From contig NC_135765.1 of assembly GCF_052425735.1 (NCBI RefSeq), positions 7,068,001-7,132,000 on the forward strand: a stretch of 64,000 bases of DNA, read 5' to 3'. The translations under genes and the position numbers were made by a program. Origin of the DNA: Oculina patagonica. Taxonomy: Eukaryota. Numbering within the stretch: the stretch's first letter is position 1; every line of letters starts with the position of its first letter. Positions 10,267 through 22,200 of the stretch are shown piece by piece. The notes under the pieces were generated by a model. That model worked only from the letters and a program-made list of their open reading frames with translations. It did no database searches and was not told the DNA's origin.

Positions 10267-13200
10267 TTTTTTCCCAAACGAAGAAAGAATACTTGATTGT
10301 TTCTGTCGTTTGTTTGTTCTTGAAACCTCGTCCGAATTGGCCCTCTTCAACGACATCTTTCCTTGTGAGTTCTCTTTTGCACAGGGCGCAGATAGATGGC
10401 GCACAATGCCATTACCTCTGGAAGGACCAGCAGCAGAAGGTCCCCCTTGCGAAGCACCATCCTGTTTCGATCCCTTTCTGCTGAAGTAAACAGATTCAAC
10501 TTCTTTGCTATTTTTCTCCGGCAAACCTTGTTTCTTAGCCGTTGTTTTATTTAACGAACACGGACTGCTTCGGACCTCTTCCTTAATGATATCTGCACTG
10601 CATTCTTTTTCAGTACAGCCATTTTCTTCCTTCGTTTCTTCAACTGTCTTTAAGGCATTTGCACCAAGCTCAGGACTTTGTTCAACAGCCTTTGGTTTAA
10701 AGAAATTCTTAATAGTAACAGGCGGCGTTGTCGCCTTTGTTAAAGTTCTTGGGTTTATCGGGGTTTCGGCTTCTTCTTTCGCTTGGCTGACTTTCAACGC
10801 TTCCTTTGAAGGTCCAGCTATACCCAAGACACCATTTTGTTTTTCCTAAAGAAGAAAAGGAGCTTTAACATAAGAAGGCAAACAGAACAGTACTGGTACC
10901 TCTTAGGAGGGAAAATGAATTTGGACCACTTCCACGAAACAAGACTTTGGTACCTTATCGAAATTTATAGGGAAGTAATAAAATTTTGGGGGAATTTTTT
11001 GGAGGAAATAGGTTTTCTCAAAGGAGTTGTAAAATTTAGAGAAAAGAAGAATTACTGAAGATTTTAAGGTCATTGCCCCGAAATAAAACTGAACATAGAT
11101 TTTTAACCAAACTTCGCCTACTGGCTTATTACTTCAAGGGAACTTAAATTTTGAAATAAAAAAGGGGGGTCACCAGATTCGTTTAGGAGCAGGACGACTA
11201 TGTATATTCCATATAATTCCTTTATAATTCCTCTGCGAGTACTGGCAAAGTACACTTTTTAGCCATAATTTATTTTTTAAACACATGAATTGATCTGTTT
11301 TCATTTTACAGAAAGAATTTGATCGCTACACCCAAAATATGAGTAAAAAATTGATAGGTCACCAGGCTCGTTTAGGAGAAAGTGACAATTTACTTCTCTC
11401 GCGGACTAAGCCGCATAGAAAAAAGCCGCCATTTTGTTGATGTGCTCGCGCGCGCGCGCGCTAATTACGCGTAAAATTCTGCGCAGTAAGGATGCGCAAT
11501 GCAAAACAGGGCAATGACCTTAAAGTGATTTTAAAATTAGAATTTGAAGCTAAAAAATAGTACAACTGGGAGTGCTTTTGTGTGGGGATCAACTGTCTGG
11601 TGGCGTCCCAAAACTAATTTTCCTACTTCTGGCTCTTCTTTAAACCTCTAAAAAATTCAATCAAGTTCAGATTTACTCCCGCCTTAAAATATAGTAACCT
11701 CCCTAGAAATCCTGCCAACGTCATAGAGAAAATGAGCATAATAAGGGCACAAAATTACACTTACCAAGACAGTGTCGAGATGTTTTTGTTCTTTCAAAAA
11801 CATTGTCACTTCCGGTATGAGTTGCTCTGAGTAACGCAAACCAACCAGCCGCTGACCATTATCCAGCTCAACGCGGACTACTCTAAGAGAGCGACTCTCT
11901 TTCCTGTGACACAAACACAAAGATCGTAAGTAAAGCGGACAGTAAAGTCGCGAGGTCACCCTGCCTTGGATGATTGCGTGTTAGACTTTATCAGAGAGCA
12001 TGAGAGTGAGCAAGGGGGACTGGAATGCTATCCCATAAGGCAACGGTCAATTGGACCTGGTTCACACTAGCGACATAACGGCATAACGGCAAGGTCACGC
12101 AAATGCTAATAACACCTCACGTCGATATTTTATGTCACCAGTGTGAAGAACATATCATAACGACATAGTTGGAACATAATGACATAAGCATAACGACATA
12201 AGAAAAGAACTGAACTTTTCTTTATGTCGTTTGATGTCGCTAGTGTGAACCAGGCCTACGGGGCGAGAGTTTTAACTTTATTTAGTTCTTTTTAACTCTT
12301 GTTCTCGGTGGTTCCGGCCTTACAAATAATGGTGGGATGACAGGAAGACACAACAGAAACAGTGCAAGTCAGGAGTAAGAGAGGCTTAGAATCAGACAAG
12401 ATCTATTGATACACATTGGTTCTTGTAAAAGATGTAATCTCTGTTGTCACGAGTGCAGGACGAGTATACGACTTTGCGTAGAGAAGGCATCCTGCTATAT
12501 CCAAAATGACTCCAAAAAGTTTAAAGAGCTTGTGAAAATTTATCATCGGCAAAATTTTAAGTTCTTTACGTGTAATGTTTAATTATTCCACGAGTGCGCG
12601 TTGGATATGAGATGGTAGATAGCCAACGAGGCGCGTAGTGCCGAGTTGGCTATAAAGAGATCTCTCATATCCAACAAGCGTGAGTGGAATAATTGTTTTA
12701 TTATAAACGCACAAAGAATTGCAATATTTGAGCTCCCCAGCTGTTTTCGTTGACGCGTATCGGCTACTGTATTTGTGGTCAATGGTATATGAGCCCATAT
12801 ACCATTGCCTGTTAACCAATTAAAACGCAGGAATTGCAATATACCATTGCTAGTTTTTAACAATGAAGGAATTAGCTTTCAAAAAACTGCAAAATTTCTG
12901 GAGCCAGCTACGAGGCAAATATTGTAAACAAAGATTCCCTTATAAACAGCAGTTTATAGGAGAACAGATTAAGATTTATAATTTCCTTGTCTCTTCGCCA
13001 ATCTCAAGCGTGTAAAATAAGCTGAAGCTCAAACAAAACGGCACTACTTCAGCCTTCTACTCAATAGATAAATTATAAATGTCCACAAACCAGGATATGT
13101 TAGATGTTTTAGAATTTATGAAGATAAGATGCAAAAAAAAAAAAAGTTCTAAAAAGCAAGCAAGAAGAAATAAACAGGTTTACTCACGTAAGTTCCAGTT

Positions 13201-16200
13201 TATCAGCGTGTTTTGCCATGGCCAGTTCCAAGGCAGATAATAATGGAATAATCCCACCACATAACAAATGGATTCGGGTGATGCGACAACCAGCTGAAAG
13301 GCAGTTGAACAAAGATAAAAACATCGTATTGAAAATAAGAAAGACGATTAAAAGTAAAAAAGGTTGATTAATATGTCACGATTGGGTACAGCCTCGTTTT
13401 CAAGGAAAGTACTTCAAAACGAGATCAGACTTAGCACTGTTTGACTTACTTTTACAAGAAGCTCCATTCTTGCATCCTGAGCCATGAATACAGCGATCTC
13501 TTGTTCTTTCGTACTGTGCCTTCCATCCCGCTTCTGTTAAAGTAAAATCAGAGGTCACTTGGCTTGAAGAGGAGCAAAATCATCAAAAGTACAGATATAA
13601 TAATCTAAGATGGCTCCTAAAGGGACACTGTCACCAGTTTCACTTCAAAAACTCAAGAGCCTAAAGACATATGGAATCTATGAATAGTGGTCCAATTTTG
13701 TTAAAAATCAAAATGAAAGTGTACTGAAGTGATAAACAAGTGATATTATTGTGATGCCGTCACGAGCTTTAGATCTCAACTTTAAAAAGTCAAGCTGGGA
13801 TTTTCAAGTTTCGTACTTTTAGACTGGAAAAACACCTAAACGTTATTATGGCTCCAATCTTCCTTCAAATTTCTACCTCCGTTTTAATGTACTAGGTGCA
13901 TTTCATGTACGAGAAGACCTATTCGCCAATTTCAGTACTTTTTACCGAAAGGCATTTAAATCCCCGTGACAGTATCCCTGTAAGAAAAAAAGCTAACAAT
14001 CCACAATCAGAAGCCACAACCAGAAGCCGTCGCTGGTCTTCATATGGGTCCTGTATCTAGAGAGAATTGGAATTTGGAAATGTTGGTTTTTGCGGAGGAC
14101 GGAAATTCGCGATACCCAAAGAATAACGGAGTGAACAGAGCGAGAGAACCAACACAGCAAGCTCAACATAACTCTCCCCTACCCTCCCCCCCAAAAAATC
14201 TATCCCCGCCCCTCGTATTTCATCTTCATTGTAAACTAAAAGGTTGAGCAGCAGCTCCCACAAGGTCTCACATGAATGTCTCGCTACCCTTTGAGAGAAC
14301 AACTGAACAAACAAACAATACCCCTAGCTCCCAAAACAAGGGCACGGAGGGCACGGAGTTCCCAGTGTTGTGGTCTGGCCTTGTTTCACGGCTTGGTGCT
14401 TCACATAGGGTTAACCTCATTGCACCTTTCCCCCTTGGACAGAATTGTCCAAGAAAAATTACTATGAACTATGAACTATGAATAATAGCAACTGCTACAC
14501 TAGAGGACAAGTACAATTACAAGCTTACGAGAGCTGCTAAATGACTGAGATAAATTCGAAAATTCTTAACAGATGTACAATACGGCGGTTACAAAGTGAA
14601 TGGAAGGATTTTTTCTTGTCCAAAATGATTCTCACCCGCATCTTGGAGTGAAATCTTGTTGTACTTGTGCAGTAGATCAGCCTTTTCTTCTTCAAATGGC
14701 GACCGACCCGTGTTCGGTCTGCAAGATAACACATCAGAAAAACGCGAGATCACCAATAATTACTCAACTGCTATGAAAACAAGCCGATAATCTTAACCCA
14801 GCGCTCTCTTTAAGCATAATTACCTTTTTCCATCGAGATCGCATCTCAAGAATAGGTAGTATTCACAATAGCTGACATTATAATTTGGATCAAACACGTA
14901 ATTTCTGAAGGGGGCGTACAACTTAAATTCGGGTGAATTCAACTGCTAGGATTTGTTTTTTCACTGCTATACATGCATTATGCTCACAGTATTATATATA
15001 TATTTCAGTTTAAGATCCTTGCACAGTTCCAGAATGGTCTCCTCTTCCTTCTTGCGTCCAGATCATCTCACTTCGACACGAGAGTCCACAACTCAGCAGT
15101 GAGATTGTCCTTTTCTTACAGTTTTATAAAACTCGTAACAGGCCCCTCTTTCCGAGCAGTCCACACTTTGTCACCATAGCAACTACTCTGAGTCGAATAC
15201 TGCATATTCAGGCGTGATATACTCAGTTCTTTTTTCTTAACTACACATGTACTTCTCTTTTTTTACCTTGTTATGTTAAAAAGACGCGTCGAGGACTTCT
15301 TCATTATCGCTAACAGGTACAACCGCTGACCTTTCTGTTCTCTTTTGGAACAATAAAAACCGTCTAGCTTATTAGACCCATTCTCTTCAAACAGCTTCAC
15401 GGCCAAGTCCCAGTCTATCCCGCGGTCAACGTTAAGAGTCACGTGTCTACAAAAAGAAAATATAACCTCGTCATAACAAGTAATTGACAACTATCAGCTG
15501 CAAAAAAAATTGTCTTTCAATGTTGAAACTTACTTTGTTTCCATGAGACCTCTTTGGAAGTCAGTAAAAACCGGTTGAGGACTGCCGACCATCGTGATAG
15601 AAGACCCAGATACATCTGTCACGCCTTCATTGTACCTGGGTAGTGTCGCGCAACATTAATGACATTAAACATTATTTTTCTGGCTTTTTGAGAAATGGTT
15701 ATAATTCTGCAATGGGATTCGAGTGTGCCAAGAACATTCTTGGCTAACAAATAAATCGTCAGTCATTCAAAAACGTTCATCCTTACTCCACAGGTAGCTG
15801 TTGAACAGAATTTCAGTTGCAATTGACATAAATAAAAGGTATATAGTTTTAAAAGACATACACGTACCTTCCTTCGCGTTTTGCGGCTTCGATCGTTGCA
15901 TGAAGACACTCACAGAAATATGAGAATAACTAAAAACAAAAGAGGAACAGTGAGTTAAGTATTTTTCACAAGAAAAGGGAAACCTTCCCAAAATTATTAT
16001 TTTCAACAGTAAAGGGTTAAGTTTGCGCTAGAGCAACGTTAAAGTGGCCCAAACTGCTGGCGCTTATGCAAACTTCCGTAGCATGAAGCAGCCAGGAGTA
16101 TTGTTAATTTTCTTGGATGGGATGCTAGTCCATCGCAGACAACCCCCACCCCCCCTTTCTCTTGTAGTGCCTCTCTCCACTCACGTGTATAAACGGGTAC

Positions 16201-19200
16201 CGGGAACTGTTTGGCGTATTCTGACAAAATGCCGGGTGGTGGTAAATGGGGGGGGGGGGCCCCCCATTTACCACCACCCGGCATTTTGTCAGAATACGCC
16301 AAACAGTTCCCGGTACCCGTTTATACACGTGAGTGGAGAGAGGCACTACAAGAGAAAGTGTCTTGTCCAGTGACCCCGGCCAGAACTCAAACTCACTATC
16401 CATCAAAATCCTGTCCCAAGAATTGTCTTAGCCCGTGATTTTTGACTCACGCTGCTAAGCAGCGTGACGACAAACTGGCAAATATCTTTCGGCGTGTTCG
16501 TGCGTCGGTCGGTAAAAATCGGCATGGAATCCGAACATGGCACACATGTTGCTTAGCAGCATAACGACAAGTGGTGAGCTGGCGAATAGCTTTCGGATTG
16601 TTCGTGCGTTTGTCGGCAAGGCTCGGAATTGATCATTATACGAAGATTTGCATAAACAGAATTCATTTCTCTCACTGTAAAAACCTTGTTTCTCTTTAAG
16701 CTATATTGAAAATCCGAGTGGACGAAGAGTAAACCGACGAACTACTCTGTTTAGCAGCGGTTTATCGCTTACCAAATTTTGTCTCTCCACGCTCAGCCCC
16801 AAAATGCGGTTAAGAAATCGCCCAACATCACTGGCTTCTTTGTCCTTCACAACAAAACTTGCATCTGTTACAGCCATGGATATAAGACATTGCTGTGAAC
16901 GAAAAATAAAAATAAATGAGAACGTAAGGGTACAAAGGTACTTTTTTATGTGGTACTTTTTTCTGTACGCAATTACATGTATTACAAAAGAATTTAGGGA
17001 ATTCCAAAATATAGCAGAGTTCGGTGCGCTTTTTTTTTTCAACGAGGTGGGTGAATAGCGGCACGCAAATCCGACGATCAGTGCTATTTTTTGGGGGGCC
17101 ACTATTTTCGTTCAAATCCAAATCCGCATTACTTGAAAACTTTGTGTGGTATAGTTTCACTACAACGGACAGTAGATGTTGTTTTTTTTATGCCAATTTT
17201 AAAGTCCGACCTTCCTGACATGATGAGTCTGGAATCCGGGCAACATTCAGTTAATCCGCGAATCCGCTTAATGTGTCGCAAAAATCTACAATGCATGCTC
17301 TTTTTAATGCCAAATCTATCGATCCACGAACCTATTTACCACTCCCCCTTCCCTCTACAAATGTATACGTTGAGAGGGAATTGGTAGACTTACCCTGGCT
17401 ATCGAGTTAAACTCTGTAAATTCGTACTTTTCGGGAATCTGTGCTGCTGAGAGAACCTTGGACAAAGGGACTCCGGGACAAATGGATTGCTGAGGAGAGA
17501 GCATAAAACAAAGTTAAGCGAATAAACCAAGTGTTTTTAGTAGAGTACTAACACAGGAGAATTTTCATCTTTTGCACCAAGCCTTTCAACATACCAGAGT
17601 AATGGATTGGTACATATTCCTAAGAGCAGATCGCCCGTAAGGGGTGTCAAAATTGAACTGAGTTAAGTCGGCCCCAGTCGCAGCTCGTCTGTCTCCCTTT
17701 GTAAGTGCACCTAACATAAGAAAGACACCAAAAAGATCAAAAACAAATGAATTAAGTTAAACGATATTCACTAAAAAGACCTAAAACTCGATGGGCACTA
17801 AGGTCCGGGCCAAACGTAGAACTTTACATGAGACGAACTAAACCGAGCGAATTAAGTTCATGGTAAGTCCGACGTTTGACTCAGTTGAGTTCGTCCGACT
17901 GAATTAAGATCGACCAACACGTTCTTTCCATCTGCTTCAGTCGTATAGAACGTGTGAAGATCGACTGTACGACAAACATGAGACGAACTTAATGAATAAA
18001 TTTAAAATTTGTATGATAATGTATTTTTAGCTTCGAAATACATTCGTTCTCGCTGCTCTGAATTTGGTACGACGGTCAGTTCGACGAATTGTGTTCGACG
18101 TTTGACCCAACGGTCAAGTTCTACCTGTTTGGGTCGACCAAAATTGCAATTTAGTTCGTCTCAATAGTCATGTAAAGTTTGAAGTTTGGCCTGGGCCTAA
18201 GATTGTATGACAATTGAATGTTTTGTCCACTATGAGGTGTACTTAGAAAAGAGAAATAAGGAAAGTTCTATAGAGCAAAAGTGTAAAACAACGTTAATGT
18301 AGTAAGATGCTTTTTCGTTAAAGCATTCGAAGAGTTTTCAACAACAACAACAACAACAACCAGGAATTTTACTTCAAAATAATATAAATGCAGAATATGT
18401 AGCCCCAAATGATAATAGTACCGCTACGAGATCAAGCTGTGACAAGAAATGCGTTAAATTATCCAAAACAATTGTAAAGAACCCCAGATTTCGCCATAAC
18501 CTGTTCAGCTGGTTTTCTTGGTACATTACCTAGTGACTGGAGCCTGCGAGCAACAGCCGCTGCAAATCTTCTCTCGCCACCCAAATTTGTGGTAACAAGT
18601 TTATAGATTGGACCGCTGAATGAGAAAGTAAAATAAATTGGCGAACAGCTTTCTCGTGGATAAAACATTAACGTATGACCATTCAAATACAACCTACTTA
18701 GGAGTACTTTCATGTGGCACTGTTTATTATGCTTTTACAAGGTTGTTCTAACTATTTTAAAGTCTGTGGATGAAACCTAGTGTGTGAGCATTAAAAAAGG
18801 CTATTGAATATTCCTTTCAAGTGTACTGTTGATTATGCTGTACAAGGCAGTTCAAACTTTAAGTCTAAGGATGAAACCCTAGTGCGTGACCATTCAAATA
18901 ACAGCCATTAAGCAGTACTTTCATGTGATACTGTTTATTAAGCTGTACAAGTCTGTGGAAGAAACCCTGGTGTGTGACCATTTAAAATGAGGCAATACTT
19001 TCACGTGGTAATTTTTGTTTCTTAAAAACTTTGCTAGGTTTTTCAACTTTGAACGTTGGTATCTTCAGACAGAAAGGGTTCAATACCTTGTTTGGTTTGA
19101 CCGATGTGATCTTCCCAGCTGTTGTACAGCTTTATCAGCACTCCACGGCAACTCAATGGTCACGTGAACACGGCGACGCTGATTGGCTGCTCGTAGGTCG

Positions 19201-22200
19201 GCATGTAATGAGATTCCTGTGATGGTATATAAGTATTTAGTAGTAATTTAGAAATTATTAGTTTATTAGTATTTTGTAATATTAAGTTTGCCCATTACGT
19301 GGTAAATAAAGGGGAGGAGAGTGATGGAAAATTCAACATGGACAAAACTCTTTGGCTACTTTCTCTATTCTGCTGACTGTTTTGCAGAGATAAGAGCATA
19401 AATGTCGCATAATTTGAATAGAACTCACCAGTGCTAGCAGCATCTGATATAATCGCCACATGCTTTGTTCCATTCATAAAGCTGTTTCTCTAAAGTAACA
19501 AAATAAAATTAATTAAAGCGACGGCCCAGACACGCATTTTTAGACGGATTCCGCTAAAAGTTCGAGCAATAAGTGCAAAAATTAATTACCAAAAACCTAC
19601 TCATTGCACGGCAACATTTTACATACTATTTGAAACATCTTACTGAAATTCATTTGTCCTAACGACCCCGTGTTTAAACTATAAAGCATTCTCGAGAAAA
19701 TTAAAGTCAAACCCCGTAAAAATGTTTAAAACGCGCGCCATTTTGTTTTAAACTGGCGTGAAACGTCCGTTCAGTTTTAACTGAAATGTAGATAATTTCA
19801 AATCCAGTTTTCTCTCGCGGGGTCAGCTTGAATACTTAAGTTTTGGTAATTTTTTTTAGCTATACTCAAACTGTCACCATGTTATGAGATTTCTTTGGGG
19901 AGTATCTTTATTTTTGCCTGTATTGCTCGAATATTCGGCGGAAACCATCTTAACACGGTACAAAGTAGATGGCAAAACAGGCATTTACTAAAGCCCGAAA
20001 CGAAACGAAACCACAGTATTTCGCTCCGATGTGCTTTCGGTTAGCTTTCACTCCGGTTTGCTTGCAGTTAGTTCCACTCCGGTTTGTTTGCGATTAGCTT
20101 ATATTTATTGGTTACGTTTCGTTTCGGGTTTTAGTACATGTCAGCAAAACATTAAACTGTATTTTTTTTAGAGATATCGATGCTTGGGCTGCAAATTGGC
20201 GATCAGATCATTTTTGGGACGCGCATTTCTCACACCAACTCACTTTTAAAGAAGAACTATTTTGCACGTCTTAATATTGTGGCATTATTGTGCGCAACAT
20301 TTTCAGTCGATGTGACCACATGCTGCAAGGTTTCCCGCAATTTTACTGACGCGGGAAGCAAGTTCTGATGTTAACAATGGAAGCGGTAGACGTATCAAAT
20401 GGCTGAGAAGAACAAACTGCAACTGTTTAGCGCCGTTGCCCTAAAAGAAGAAAGAGTTTGAGAGTTTGAATAGCAAGAAGGCAGGGAATGGCCGATAGTT
20501 GCACCACGCCATTGATAACAACGTTTCAGTTAGTGGAAAGCGATTTTATTTCTGCAATAGCTTCTAACTACTTGCAAGATTTAGTTTTCTTCAACTTATT
20601 CTCACCTCTTGAATATTCAAACTGTCCACATTGCTGCTATCTGATTCCCGAGCCTCGTAGTGAGGTTGAGGCTGCTTTTCGGTTTTTACCACGCGACCAC
20701 GCCTGCCGGTCATTTCCGCTACGTTTCCCGGTCCCCCTAGTTGGTTTATGAGGTCATCTAGAGGGCTGGGGAGAAAATAATATTTTGAAAACAGTAAGGG
20801 CCTGTTTACATGATTCCGGAATGACTTTCATTCCGGAACGAGTTCATTCCATCCCCATACATTTCTTTGTATCTGTTTACATGATACCGAGACGAAAGTC
20901 AAGTCATTCCGGAATGAGTTCATTCCGGTTTTCATTCCGGAATAAAAGTTTCGTTCTGGAATGACATTTCATTCTGGTATCATGTAAACACAGAACGAAT
21001 TTCGTTCCGAGATGAAATCGCAACTCGAAAACCGCATACGGACTCCACAGTTTGAATTCAGAGCGAAAAAACGTAATAGCAATTACTGTTTAGCCCAAAG
21101 AAGCAGCTCTAGGGTCAAATTACTCGTTTAAATTGCAGTTACGGCAATTAATGGACACAAAAACAAGTTTGCGTGAAGCATGCGCCATCTTGTTTTGATC
21201 TCGCGCGAAAACCGCGCACGTGAAAATGCCTTTGGTTGAGCGGGTCAACTCTGTCATGTAAATGCAGAACGAACTTCATTCCGGAACGAGTTTCGTTCCG
21301 GAATGAAAGTCATTCCGGAATCATGTAAACAGGCCCTAAGATCAAAAAAAACCTTTTATTCGTGGAGGATAGCCCATCAAAATTGAAACATGGCAGCGAG
21401 GCTTTACGCCCAACTTCTACATTTTGACTTGGTTTTTTTTTTATCAAGTCTCTTGAGTCGAATTAACAGAGGCAAAGTCATGTTAGAATATTGATATATC
21501 GAAGGGGGTAGGGAAAAGTCGACAATATAGGCAAACACTTTGTTTGGTAACTATTGTGTAGAGGTTTTTTGAAAACATATTATTTGCTGCAGCAAATGCA
21601 ATGCCTGCCCACGATCCCTGTGTACTTTTAAAATTTCCTCCTCAAACTTCAACCATCAGTCTGTTAAAATCGCACGGCTTCACCAGCCATAGATTAAACA
21701 AGATGTTAAACATCTTTAAACGGCCAGCGATCCTCTCGTATCCAACAAACGCGAGTGGAATATATTTTTTAAATTTAATACTGTTAGACCTTAATCATTT
21801 CTTTTTCGAAAAAGGACTGAAAGACGACTTTATTTCCGTTACTAAACAGTGGAAAAGTGTTGATGCCATTTTCATTTAAAAATATTACAGGGGAAACTGT
21901 ACGTACATAATGATTTCAAGGGGGTCCTGCGCGACCATAAGTGGGTCACTTTCGACAGTTTCCCCTGTAATATTTTTAAATGGAAGATCATTATAAATCT
22001 AACCATTTAGAAAGCTTTGTTTATCTTTCCTGGTGTCTTAAAACAAGAGTCTTATGCAAGCAACAAGAAAACAGTCTATAAAGTTACTGTATAGCCACGC
22101 CAAACTAAGGCGCCAAATTGCAGTAGCTTTAGTGGTCACTGATTTATCAAATTCTGGTAGTGGGTTGTCCGATGCTTTAGTTCTTGCATCTGCTCTTAAT

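Noticed and set aside
10264-10278. Canonical -1 ribosomal frameshift site
   Set aside because: Reaching the finger needs +1 (or -2), and the zero-frame codons TTT GGG AAA AAA do not form an in-register X XXY YYZ heptamer.
10246-10827. Stand-alone 193-aa ORF
   Set aside because: It starts at TTG and is in frame with the splice acceptor at 10845, so it is the last exon of the SBNO-like gene.
15010-15240. Coding-looking intronic stretch (also ~12300-12530)
   Set aside because: No sustained ORF, motif or splice pair could be assigned, and the flanking exons join in phase without it.
16039-16438. Mirror-image ORFs on both strands
   Set aside because: They are produced by the palindrome in a SINE and show no protein features.
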